Numbered from the stretch's first letter, positions 51,066 through 63,519 are shown. The stretch is 64,000 nucleotides of DNA from Vicugna vicugna (GCA_013265495.1 MU058221.1:3410001-3474000), one strand, 5' to 3'. Notes: generated by a model from the letters alone, not told the origin. Program-made: numbers and translations.

Positions 51066-53224
51066 ACCATACACTATTCTTAATAGTTGCATGTATTACA
51101 TTTTTAATCTTTTCAAAAATTCTAGGAAGTAATTATCTCTCAAATACAGATGGCAAACTAGGCAGAGAAATAGTAATTAATTTGTACAAGAGTTAATAAG
51201 CAGTGGGGATGGAATTCAAATGCAGGCAGTGTTCCTGAGTTAGGTTGGAGTTAGGGCACATCCTGAGGCCTTAACTGCATCATTGTAGGGATATTTCCAA
51301 TACATGGATTATACATTTAGTCTTAAACCAGAATTTGGTAAGCCTAAAGTTACTTTTTTTAGTAGTGAATTAGTACGTTCGTCTGACAGGAAGTGGAAGG
51401 TTAGAGCAGGGCCAAGTTCAAGAGGATTTCCAGAGTTGCTCTAAGGGGACCCTCATCTCTCTTAGCTACCCTGCATTTGTCAAATGTAACGTAACACATC
51501 ACATTCTTCAAACAGATGGCCCAAGCGAAATGGTCTTAGGCCGTTGCCTAGCCATTCCCGCTCCTCTGGACTCGGCACAGAGACATCGCTGTCCGGCAGC
51601 TGAAAGCTTCCCACCCACCTTTTCTTTCTTGCAGCTGGAGACGCGTCACCAGACCAGCCGCACCAGATTTTAACATCCTCAGACTTTCCCACCGAACTCT
51701 GGGCACACCAGAAATATTCCTGCGTGTCATAATTAGATGCGTGAAAGTCAGGAAAATCTGAAATAGTGCCTGAGTATCGAATCGGAGACATAGAGCTGTT
51801 TTGTAATTTTAAAGGCTCTTCCAAAGGCATTTGGTGAGACTTTGCATTATGTTTGTCAAGTGTTTGATAAGTTAAGTACAGGGATATGCACTGAAATTGC
51901 CCAGGTTTGTGGAAGAGCTCGAGCCAGAAGTCTGAGATCCAGAAATCAGGTAACAGAAGGCCAAGAGGGTCCTGGAGGATGCCTGAAGCCTAGGAGACAG
52001 AGAGAGGGACTCAGGACTCACTCTGGACTCATACGAGTGTCGAGATTGTTTGAGTCAGACGTCCCTGGTGTTGAAGACTGACTTGCCTGCACATTAACTG
52101 TGTGATACCACGACATCCACTGGTCCCACGAGAACCCACAGGTGCCTCGCCCTGGGGCCCTGCCTCAGGATGGGTGCTCCACATTGGGTGACCCCACCAT
52201 GCGTAACTTTCTTACATTCCCTGAATCAGACCCGGATGTGTTGTTGACCTAACCACACATAACAAGGTTCAGCAGGATCTGGGTAACCAGGAGCTCTGTG
52301 GTTAAGCCCTGAGTGCCCTCTGCTTTCCTGCTGTCTTCCAAGACTGCTCTCCTTAGACGTTTTCACCTGGTTGTCGGTGGCATTTGAGGACAACGGTGAC
52401 AAACTCATGGCAGGCTGAGAGCCACCAGTCTCCACACTCACTGATTGTACCTTGAATCAATCGTCATGTTTTATTTTTCCCCAAACATGGGTGTGGCTTT
52501 TCCTTCCAGGCGGAGGTTGCCAAGGAATCAGAGATCACACAAAAGATTAAAAAAACAAATCAACAAACCCCAAACTATAGTTTTCTGGGTCTGACTGAAG
52601 CAAAAGAAAGGAGGGAGTCCTGATAGAGATTTGATCTGATAGTCCGTTCTCAATTTCTTGCCAGGAGCTCCTTTAGCAATGTTAAAAACCACACGATGTT
52701 ATTTTTACAAAATTATACGAAAGTATACAAAAACAAAACAGTACAAAATTAGAGTTATTGTATTGGTCCAGATGTGTAATGTAACACATGGCTGGATTAT
52801 TTTATTAAATCTCAATTTTATAACAAATTGGCAGGGAATGTCTAATTTTCTTTCCATTGTCAATGAATAAATTGAAGCTAAAACACATTACAATGTAGCA
52901 AAGTCCAAATATGTACCCATGTCTCTTTGACTCAAGCATTTATACTATTTTCACTGTTTCAAAATAGCATCAGAAAATTGTGTCTCCTGACATCCAGGAC
53001 AGAAAGTAGTCTTGTGTTATTCTCATGCCATTCAAATATTTAGGAGACTACGGAACATGGTGAGAAACTGATTAATGTTTAATAATTACAAAATCATATT
53101 AGAGCTTTATCTAAGGATGGAGATGATAATTTATCAGTGGAGTTAGGTCAAGCTCTTTCTTCCAGTATGTGGACAAACTTAGAGTTGCTGTTCTTATAAT
53201 TTTCAAAGTCTGTTTCAAAGATTT

Positions 53225-53257
53225 CACACGCACAAACACACACACATGCATGCACGT

Positions 53258-53289
<32 letters not shown>
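53225..53289. repeat. (CA)n microsatellite, compound
   Basis: cacacgcacaaacacacacacatgcatgcacgtgcacacacacaca... Confidence 0.95.
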
Positions 53290-53292
<3 letters not shown>

Positions 53293-53429
53293 GCCAGAAA
53301 CTTAATCCTTTGCCACTCGGAGCATGTAGAAAGGCACATACGTCTTCAACTTTATGGTAATAAGGTGGCAAAGTCTCATGTAGACAAGAAACCTCCCTGT
53401 TTCTCATTTAAAAAAAGTGTCGTCCAGAT

Positions 53430-53840
53430 TGCATGGCTCGGTGACCGCAGTCCTCCTGGTGCTAACCTGAGACACCAGGCGGAGGCACGGGGGCAGGCGA
53501 CGAGGCTAGTGTTTGCATTTGGGGTGAGGTTCTACCAGGATGTGGTTTCACTGCGTCATCCTTGCTCCCTGCCTGTTGGAGGAGAAAATGACCACATGCT
53601 TGTCCTCATGGTCGAGTAACAGCTGAAAAACTGACGGCAGCTAAGGAACAGGAAGGCAGCAGGGGAGCCGCGGTCCTAGGGGCGTCCCAAAGCCAGCCTC
53701 TGAGCGGCTTCCAGGCGGCCTCCCGCCGTGGGGCGGCCGGATGCGGGGGCCCTGCTGAGCACCGGGAGGTCTGCCGCGGCGGCCAGAAGCATCCTGCCTG
53801 CCGCAGCAGGTGTACCGCCGTTGCCACAGTGGCCCTTCAG
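53430..53840. promoter_or_regulatory. Distal CpG-rich cluster, candidate enhancer or orphan CpG island
   Basis: Locally high GC/CpG; RUNX motifs at 53444-53449, 53541-53547 and 53591-53596. Confidence 0.45.
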
Positions 53841-56055
53841 TGATTAGTGATAAATCCCACCTGTTCAAGCAAAGGCGTGTTGAGATTGTTACTTTGCGTT
53901 TGACAAACCTGTTTTTTAAAAAATGAGTGCACGTCGTCGGGAAAGGGGGTCATAGGGCACAGGCTGGTTTCAGGAACAGATTCCTCGGGCAGGAGTTGCG
54001 AGATGAGGTTGATATTACAGATGAGGTTGACACTAAGGATTATGTCACCCTGCAGCGTGACTTCAAAAAGTGTATTCCCCAAAATAAAAAAAGGAAGTGA
54101 ATCTAGTTCCACTGGTCACTTACACGAAAAACGCACAGCAGGGCCGGGTCATTTGGGAGGTATTTGCACTGATGAGTGATTCAAAATCCAGCCTCTCTAG
54201 TATCTGTTTTCTTTCTCTTTTCTTACCATTGCTGTCCGCTCTGGTCAGACTCCTGGCTTCAGAGCTTAGCAGGGAAACAGGCAGTAATTTCTGTTGTCAC
54301 AAACACCTCTGAATCCCTCAGGGAGTGTGTGTGTGGGTGTGTGTATGTGTATGTTATGTGTATGTGTATGTATGCCGGCCTCTTGTCTCTTTTCCAATCC
54401 TTGTGATCATAGAGAGATGGTCCTTTGTCTTTGTTTTTGTTTGTTTCTTTCATCCAGTAAGTAAGATACCCACGTCTCCCTTTTGGCAAACAACCCCCAG
54501 CCTCTGAGCCATTCTTTGAGCAACATTCACTCTCCTGGATTCGAGAATAGGAAAGCATGTTCCTCCCTCTCTCTTCTCTCAGGAGAGTCCAAAAGCCAAA
54601 GGGATATTCAATCCTGCAAATACCTTTCAAAGCGTTTGGTGTGTGGTTGTACCAGCATGTGGGAGTTCTTTTCTTACTTATACCAGAGCTAGGTTAGGGG
54701 AGATGACAGCCAGAGCGCCAATGACAGCTTTTTCTTATTATGTCCCATGCGACGGACACATAGCTCTATGTAGAACACATCCCCTATTTCTAGCTTTGAA
54801 AACTTCACTGAAATATCAAAAGAAAAAAAATCTCATTTAAAGTCCTGTTACGCTAGTTGAAAATCATCCATCCGTTCTAAGATTCCGTTTACTTTAGATT
54901 TTCTCCTTGTGCACGACTGAGAGTTACTCCAATTAAGGTGCTTTGCAAACAGTCGTTAATTACAGCCACACATGTAGTCAGGTGATGATTTGGGGTCTCT
55001 CAGGGGCTCCCTGATCTGTGTTTTAAAGGACATGGTGACCAGCAGTCCTTCCTTCTACGGCAGCATAAAAGGTGACTCTTGCCTCAGTCGGTGTGCCAGA
55101 GGAAAACGGGCTTGGGCGTCAAATATATAGGTTCTAATAGCCTTTGTTACCTTCTTTTTTCTTTCCTTCCCTCCCTCCCCTGCTTCCTCTCTTCCTCCCT
55201 CCCTCCCTTCCTTCCTCTCATCCTGTTCTCAGCTACGCAGGACGACAGAGAACGGTTTGAGTTTCTCTCTCCCGGGAGTGAGGATGGTGTCTGTCTGACT
55301 TCATAGCATCAGATGGAAGTGAAGGCAATTTATGTCCTTTATGCACAGCCTGCAGACGTCGGGCCAGAAAGGGAATTCAAGGACTTCAGTAACAGCGACT
55401 TCTACACCCGGATATTTCCTCATTCTGTATATCCATTCTTTCAGAAAAATGACTGGTTTTGCACCGTGAGTGTATTTGCAAGAGCCGTTACTCTATCTCA
55501 GTTTATAACCAGCTAATCCCAAAGGCTTATAGGGGACCGTTTAAATTTGTTGGAGGCGGACTATAGATCGTTGATAATCCTAATGGAGATGATCTATTAG
55601 GGAATATGATTATCTGGTAAATGTTTCCAAAGTAATACAGTCACCCCTGAAAAGTCAGGGCACTCAACCAACTTAATGTGACAGACCCAGGGTGATGCCA
55701 ACACAAAGGGCAGTCCACTACCATGACAGAAAATCAAATATTCTTGTAAATCAGTCTGTAAAAGGTTTATGAAACCTGCAGGGTGCTGCTGTTTGAATTG
55801 TAAATCACCGTGTCTAAAGTAAAGCGATCATGTGATTTAGTCATTAGTTGGTTACTTAAATCTGGGCGTCCTGAACCTACAAAAACCTTCTCCTGCTCGG
55901 TGTCAGTGACACTAAGACTCAGGGATACGTTTGGCACGTCTCTCCTCTGATTGTGACTCTTCTCCTGGAGTCTGACTTTGCCCAGCTTTGCCTGTCGCTG
56001 TGTTGCAAATCTCCTGGTCTGATGTGTGTCACGTTATAGGAAAACATTTAAGAGA

Positions 56056-56700
56056 CATTAGAGTTTATTTTGTGTGTGTGTGTATGGTGTAAGGGAGTGT
56101 TCTAGCTTCATTGCTTTACATGCTGCTGTCCAGTTTTCCCAGCACCATTTGCTGAAGAGATGGTCTTTATTCCATTGTATATTCTTGCCTCCTTTGTCGA
56201 AGATTAGTTGACCAAAAGTTTGTGGGTTCATTTCTGGGCTCTCTATTCTGTTCCATTGGTCCATATGTCTGTTTTGGTACCAATACCATGCTGTCTTGAT
56301 GACTGTAGCTCTATAGTATTGTCTGAAGTCTGGGAGAGTTATTCCTCCAGCCTCTTTCTTTCTCTTCAGTAATGCTTTGGCAATTCTAGGTCTTTGATGG
56401 TTCCATATAAATTTTATTATGATTTGTTCTAGTTCTGTGAAATATGTCCTGGGTAATCGGATAGGGATTACATTAAATCTGTAGATTGCCTTGGGCAGTG
56501 TGACCATGTTAACAATATTGATTCTTCCAATCCAAGAGCATGGGATAGCTTTCCATTTTTTAAAGTCTTGTTTAATTTCCTTCCATTTCAATATTCCGTT
56601 GTATCTATACCACATCTTCTTTATCCAGTCGTCTGTTGATGGACATTTGAGTTGTTTCCACGTCTAGGCTGTTGTAAATAGTGCTGCTGTGAACTTTGGG
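56056..56700 (-). mobile_element. Young L1 ORF2 fragments in rearranged order, no poly-A
   Basis: 56056-56583 encodes [17 protein letters not shown]...AGGITLPDF...LEHSLTPYT without stops; 56590-56700 is ORF2 C-terminal sequence (ATGTCCATCAACAGACGACTGGATAAAGAAGATGTGG on the minus strand). Confidence 0.92.
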
Positions 56701-56905
56701 GAAATCCGTCTCCAGATTTCTCTCTTAGGTGACTATGCCATTTTCAGTGGTGCCACCAAGAAAAGAGGCAAAGGCAAAAGGAATTTCAATTTTAGCAGGA
56801 AAGACGAGTTTAGCTTTAGAAATACTGAATGGAAAATTTCGTGCTGTTTCAGGGCAATGATCTCCAGCTGGCACCCTTGGGCACATCTGGGTATAATTTG
56901 GGCTT

Positions 56906-57996
56906 TGACGTTGTTGAACTTTACCCAGGCTCTGTGATCTTGAAAAACTGAGAAGGTTATGAAATCCCCCCACCCTTTTGTGTTTCCGGAAATCGCTGGG
57001 GGACATGGCGGGCTGCTGTCGCGGGAGGTACAAGATTTTATCAAAGACAAAGAATGAAAATAGAAAAGGAGTTGATTAGGTGATACTGCCACGGACAACA
57101 GTGGCCACATGAAGGACAGGGGTCGGTTACTGAGGTCTTTCATTGGGGAGGGTTACATGAGAAACTGCACGAGTTTTTCATTGGCTGTGTGGATGAGGTA
57201 AGAAGTTTAGGGGCCCTGAAGGGGCGGTGGGGTTCGGACTCTGATAAGGTGGGACATGGGCTGAAACATACCAACCTGAGCTGCGGTGAGGTTGGGCATT
57301 GCTTAGGGCTGCTCCGTCGTGAGGCAGACGAGCCCAGGAAGGAATGTGCTTTATTGTTGAGGGATGGCAGGCAGACGTCTGAGAGCCCAGGAATGGGGGT
57401 GGCTGGACTTTAAGGGATGCTGGTTGGCCCCACAGGAATGGCTTACCTTCTCCACACGATGCTCCTGCCTTGTTCACCTGGAAGACCCAACAGGGACCCT
57501 CCAAATGCCCGTTATTTGCCTGATAAATGATTAGGCTGCTCATCCCTGTGGAACAATCTGAAATAAATACAGAACAGACTTGGCTTCAGATCCTTCTCTC
57601 CTCCCTCCAGGTCCCTGGGGGTCGGATCACCCTCAGCCGGACCCAGTGTATTCAACCTGCATTAACCCATTTTAACCTAGCCTGCATTTAGCAGCTCCAT
57701 CTGAGAACCGGGTGGCCTCCGGAGAAAACATTATCTAATCTACTCTTTAATTACGCCGCTCCTGTTTTATCTCACTTTCCCATACCCGCTTCTTTCTAGC
57801 CTTGTTTGCTCCTTCCTATGAAAGAAAAGCCCCTTTGCCTGTCCCTTGGGAAACTTGCATATCCTGTGGTCATGGTGTTCTCTCTGCTGTAAGAGCCCCC
57901 ATTGTCCCATCACAGTAGTCCTTCCCCCATTCCTTGTGATACTCCTGTTAAGTAAAGTCTCCTCTTAACAAGTCTGGATTTGTTTTGTATCTGAAA
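56906..57996 (+). mobile_element. Solo ERV1 LTR (MER67-like) containing a nested LTR
   Basis: gaaatccccccacccttttgtgtttccggaa...ggcttacc; 3' end gtaaagtctcctcttaacaagtctgg; flanks gctt/gcgt. Confidence 0.6.
56993..57434 (-). mobile_element. Nested LTR-like element
   Basis: Minus strand starts TGTGGGG and has a CCAAT box (agccaatg); the host LTR resumes after it; flanks ggaaa/ggaat. Confidence 0.5.
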
Positions 57997-58429
57997 GCGT
58001 AAATGACATACAAGCGATACAAGAGAATATGAAGAAAGAGGAGAGAATTTGGCCAAGCATGTTTAACTCTGAATAACGTCAGTGTTTATACGGTAGAAAT
58101 GTTACTGGTGTTTCAATGTGGTCTCACTGTGCATCGAGCACATGAACTTACGTTCAGTAACAGAACAAGGATAAGAAGTCCAGGAAACAGTTTGAAAAAG
58201 GAACTTCTGAGGAAGACAAGGAAAACTGGAGACGTCTGTATGCAAAATTGAAAGTGAGAGGTGTGTAGGCCTGGCCAAGGGCAAGGTTTAAGTCTCTTGA
58301 CAGCTAGAAGGAAAAGAGGAGGGTCTGGAAGGAATTAGAAATACTTGACACCAAATATGTGTTGAAATGAGCACGTGCTACAGGGATGAACTCTCATAAG
58401 AGTCCTCTCTGTTACTGGTGAGTAGGAGC

Positions 58430-59100
58430 GACGGCTTTGGAGTCAGATAGACCTGGGTTTAAATTGAGATCTGTGATTTTGAGTAATCCAGCACAGAAGT
58501 GGGAACAGTAGTGGCAATGATGATAATGTGTTAACTTGTACATAATATATTATCTATAAGGTTGATCAGTGTACACTGAACACTTACTGTGTTCCAGAGA
58601 GGACACTAGAAGCAGGATATTCTGTCTCATGTGATGCCGTAGCCATTACATGATGGAGCTGTTCTCAGCACCCACATTTATCTATGAAGAAAATGTGGCA
58701 CAAAGTGGTTAAAAAAGATGTGCAAGCTCATGTGATGAGTCTGGGATTGGAAGCCAGTAGCTCCTGCCCTTTGACCTATGCACCTAACTTCTCCATTGGA
58801 TTGCTACCTTTATTAGTTAATTAAACTTAAATGAGCATCTTTCTTCCCCCTTCTTATAGAAAACAGCTAATAATGTACCTGAAAGGCTTCTTGGAAGGAT
58901 TAAATGAGGCAATAAAATAAAACAATTAATGCCCAGCACAAAGTAAGGTCTCAATAAATGTTAGCTCTTCATCTTTTATAAGTGAGAACGACTAAGGCTC
59001 AGAAAGGGAAAGACACTCGCTCAAGGTCGTACAGGTAGCATGGAGAAGAACTAGGGTTCAAAGCCACGTCTCCCACCCGAAGACTGTTCCTTTCCACCAC
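58430..59100. mobile_element. Cluster of MIR fragments, both orientations
   Basis: ggctttggagtcagatagacctgggtttaaat; gaggattaaatgag-like; gactaaggctcagaaaggg...ctcaaggtc. Confidence 0.65.
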
Positions 59101-60019
59101 AGCTTGCTGTCTCAAATGAGTGAGACAAATTGAATCTTGATTAATAAATGAAACAGCGCATGTGCTTTTATCATTCTGCTGCTTTCAGAAAGCACTTTCC
59201 ACCAGTTCTCCTGTGGGAAGGGCAGCAGGACCAACAGGGCTTTATGTCTTAGCGATCGCTTCTCCGTCTGGCATGATTGAGTCAGGATGCAAGGCGTAGG
59301 AGGAAAATCAGTTCACTCTCAGCTGTCGCCTTTCCTTCCTCCTTACCCGTGTTTTACAACATCTGCTTGCTACCGTTTCTTTCACGCCCATGATTCTCAA
59401 TCATTCCCCGCCCCCCCGCCAGTTTAAAATTACATTCTTCTCTAGGGGTGTCCTCCTTGCTCATTGCTAAATAATGCAGGACACGACGTCTCACCACGGT
59501 CGACCTGTGTCCCTGGTGGGTGGACAAGGGCAGAGGAGAGGTGCCACACAGTCAGGTCAGACGAGATAGCAGACGCTCTCCGAAGCCGCTTGCACGAAAG
59601 GTCTGACTTGCTCTGGTCCTGGTCTGAAAGATTAAGGAGAGCAGGAGCCATCAGGGCTGGGAACGGATTGCACATCCGTCTCCTGCAGAAGATGAAAGAA
59701 TAAAACCAACCAGGCTGCAGAGAGACTTCTCAATATCAGAGGCGCCGTCTCAGAATGGATTCAGAAGCGGGGCGCAGAGAATGAGAAGGAAACACCCACT
59801 TGTGGGGCTGATGGCGTCAGAGATGCAGCGCTGAGTGGAGCTGCCAGTGAGGGGTGTAAATTTCCTATTTTGCGAGTCCATTAGAACATAAACCTTATGA
59901 AAGGCATTTTAAAAATTATTGTATGAAGGTGTGTGTGTGCGTGTGTGCACGTGAGAGAGACAGAGACACAGAAAGGAAAGTATCTCATCCAGTTGGGTTG
60001 CACTTATTTAATGTCCGTC

Positions 60020-60180
60020 TTCCTCGCTAGACTGCAAGTCGCACAATGCTGGGGCTGTCACTTGTGTTGATCGCTGCTCTTTTTTCAGGCAGCAGAGAGA
60101 TGGGAGCACTGCCCCTGGAACACAGTAGGTGCTCCAAAAATGTTCACTGAATAAATGAATACACTGGGGAATAAATGCAT
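60020..60180 (+). mobile_element. L2 3' end
   Basis: ctagactgcaag...cctggaacacagtaggtgctccaaaaatgttcactgaataaatgaat. Confidence 0.7.
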
Positions 60181-60409
60181 GAGGGAAAAGAAAGACTAGG
60201 ATTAAAGACAAAGGGCTCATCCTTCTGAAATCAGAGAACTACTGAAAGAGAGAGAAGAGGTTATGAAAGGAAGTTGTGGGTAAAAGACAATAGTTCATTC
60301 ACCCAGTTGCCCTCACTGGATGCAGACTTGCTTTCTTTGGAGAACCTTGGAGGTGGTGAAGCAGCCAAGGTGAAGAGGAGCAGAAAAGGTATGCAGGTTT
60401 CTTTTCTTT

Positions 60410-60472
60410 AAAAAAAACGAAAGAGAGAGAGAGGGAAAGAAAGAAAAGGAAGGAAGGAAAGAAAGAAAGAAA

Positions 60473-60532
<60 letters not shown>

Positions 60533-60540
60533 GAGAAAAG
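60410..60540. repeat. (GAAA)n compound microsatellite
   Basis: Long aaagaaagaaag run with (GA)n and (GGAA)n segments. Confidence 0.97.
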
Positions 60541-60840
60541 AGGACACTAATGAACTCATCTACAAAAGAAACAGACTCACAGGTGAACAGTCTTATGGTT
60601 ACCGGGGAAAGGGGGTGGGAAGGGATAAATTTGAGAGTTTGAAATTTGCAAACTATATATAAAAATAGATTAAAAAAACAAATTTCTTCTGTATAGCACG
60701 GGGGACCATATTCAGTATCTTGTAATAACCTTTAATGAAAAAGAATATGCAAAGGAATACATGTTTGTATCTGCATGACTAGGGCATTGTGCTGCACACC
60801 AGACACTGACACGTTGTAACTGACTGTACTTCCCAACAAA
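60541..60840 (+). mobile_element. Lineage L1 3' UTR
   Basis: gacactaatgaactcatctacaaaagaaacagactcacag...ctgtatagcacggg...ttgtgctgcacaccagacactgacacgttgtaactgact; homologous to 25260-25510. Confidence 0.88.
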
Positions 60841-61231
60841 GGTGCCCAGGTTTCACCAACTGTCCCCGTGAAGGACATGGCTGTGGGTTAAGTGAAAGAT
60901 TCCCTGGTCTCCGCAGCGTCTCCCTCTGACCCGAGCAGCAGGCAGGAGGCCCTGAGCCTCGCGTGGAGCTCAGGCAGAGCACAGGTCACTGGTTGTGCAG
61001 TTGTCCACTTGTGTGTGTCTCTCCTGCTTGACGCCACACTTTCAGAAGCGAGAAGGCTATACTTACTTATTTGCCTTGGAATCTCTTAGAGGCCAGTCAG
61101 TGGCGGACGGATACTCAGTCCATGAATGAACAAGTGGATCAAACAAGTAAGGAAATATGAAGAAAAACAAAGTACAAGTCACCTTGTTATTTTTTTTTTC
61201 TCAAATACATTTTTCTCAAAATACTGACTGA

Positions 61232-62085
61232 AGACTCTGGGAAGATGGCAGAGAAGGAAGCACCGGGAACCCCTCCCCCCACCAAGACAACAATGACAGT
61301 GGCAGGATCTACCTGATGGAAATGTTTTTCAACCCAGGAGCCTACGGGAAGGCTTGCAGAGTCTAAGGGAAGGCTTGGATGGTGAGCGGTGGTCACTGTT
61401 GGCCGACTTGAGCTCCTAGCTTGGTAGCGGTTACTCATCCCTCATCCTTAGTGCTGTGGCAGGTGGCCATATACATGTTCCTGGCGCAGCTTGCAGAGGC
61501 CAGGGCGGGCAGGGAGGACCCTGTGCTTCACATTTCAGGGATCTGTGCTCTCATTACTAATTGCTATTTCTGACTGAGGACACAGAGGTGCGCCTGCATA
61601 GTGGTCGGCCACTGTCATTTACCACAGCCAAAAGGTGTTAACAACCCAAGTGCCTATCGGTGGATGAATGGACAAATAAAACTAGGAGGTGGATACGGTG
61701 GGATATTACTCAGATTTAAGGAGGCAGTACATTCTGAAGTGTGCTTTCACTTAGATGTGCTTGACGACATGATTCTTACGTCAATTTAGCAAAAAGGATG
61801 CTGCATGACTCCAGTTGTGTGACATCCTCAGAGTCGTCAAGTTCAGAGACAGAAAGTCGAATGGTGGTTGCCAGGGGTTCCAGGAAGGGGACTGAGAAAT
61901 ATAACTGTTCAATGAGTGTAGAGTTTAAGTTCTGTAAGATGAAAAGAGATCTGGAGATGAATGGGGGTGATGGCTGCACAATATGAATGCACTTAATGCC
62001 GCTGAGCTGTACACTTCAAAACGATTAAGGTGGTACATTTTACATTATGTGTATTTTACCACAGTTTTAAAAATTAAAAAAAAAA
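61232..62085 (+). mobile_element. Old L1 (L1MB-like): 5' UTR fused to 3' end
   Basis: Starts gactctgggaagatggcagagaagg (L1 5' start motif); from ~61620 ORF2-end/3'UTR sequence; poly-A at 62069-62085; degenerate TSD. Confidence 0.75.
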
Positions 62086-63437
62086 GTATTTACTGAGGAA
62101 AACAATTCAGTGCACAGGAATATTTAAAATTTCATTAGAGCTATATTTTATTAGATTTTTTTCTGAACTTCATATTCTATATTAGAATATTCTATATCTG
62201 TACATGTTCTATGCTCCATATACATGATAGTCTATATTCCTCACATTAAAAGGAAATAATTACTGTTTCACTGGGCAGATAAAAGAAGCAGGAATTGGAA
62301 GAGTAAGTCACCAAAGATCATAACGCTCAAAAAGCATGAGCAGGATGCAAATCAGGGCTGTGTCTGAGATCCACTTACAGAGAGAAGTGAGGCTCACGTG
62401 TTAAGCCAAGCTACTTGGTTGCTGCAAAACCCTCCCCCCACCACCGCCTTGCCTGCATCATGCTACCACTTACAACAGACAACACTGAACAAAACAAAAA
62501 CAACTCACTCCGGAGCGAAAGTGAGAGACATAACAGGCAGTATTGAGAGTCAAAATTAGCATCATCAGCTACTTAAGAAGAAGCAACAGAACACATGGGA
62601 AAACCACTACCGTTCTCCAGGACGAAAACTGGGCGAACCTTTGGGCTGGAAAGACTGACAGTTGGGCGCCCAAGAGCCATCCGCCACCAACCCACACAGC
62701 CTGGAACTTTGAGCAGTGTCGTCTTCTGAACATGAATGTCAGTGATATCTCTGCATTAAGGCAAAAATGTCAGCCGGAAATAAATTGTTCACCTCGCTTG
62801 GATCCAAATGTCAGTGTGTTTACACGTTCTGTGCTTTGGGCTGTGTCATTGGCGGCTTAGTGTGCAAGCTGACACATTCTTTGTTGGTCTTGCTGACGTG
62901 CTAGATCAGGTCCTGTGACTGTGGCAGCTTTAAAATTATGCTTAGGAAATATCGGTGCTGGAAAACTAGGCTATTTAGACAAGGAATAGTTCCTTTAAAA
63001 AAAAAACAGAGTAAACTAAATAGGTTTTTGCCTTAAAGACATTTATAAGATCAAGGTAGGACAATGCATTTTTGCCTCCAGCCAATTTGTCAAACTTATA
63101 AGACAGAAAAAAAAAACAGCAAATGAAACATTTCCCTGTATTTTTGGAATTTAAGGAGCTTGCTATGATAATGTGTAATCTTCACCTGGACTCTTCACTC
63201 AAAGCTTTAGATCATTGGCCGTCTCTGCTTCCCATCTTCTTCCCTCGCCAACCTCAACATCACACCATGAGAAAGAGAAAAGTAGGGGTGATTAAGTGTA
63301 CCCAAGGGGTAAGTGACAAATGAGCCAGGAACAGAAGGAGAAACTGAGGTTAAGGGCAGTGAATCTAGAGCTTGTTTATGTGCCAGTTGGAAATTGGTTG
63401 AGTAGAGAAGAATGCAATGATGTAAAAAGGAGATGGC

Positions 63438-63519
63438 AGATGATGGATGGATGGATAGATATAGATAGATAGATGGATAGTTAGATAGAAAGAAAGATAG
63501 GCAGACAGACAGACAGACA
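63438..63519. repeat. (GATG)n(GATA)n(GACA)n compound microsatellite
   Basis: gatggatggatggatagatatagatagatag...cagacagacagacagac; such repeats commonly lie within MLT2 LTRs. Confidence 0.9.

Noticed and set aside
51480..51830. 116-aa minus-strand ORF in unique sequence
   Set aside because: No recognisable domain, no convincing splice or promoter context; the length is within chance expectation for 64 kb in six frames.
56058..56615. 185-aa ORF as a host or domesticated gene
   Set aside because: It is an internal L1 ORF2 fragment whose start comes from a neighbouring rearranged L1 piece; being stop-free reflects youth.
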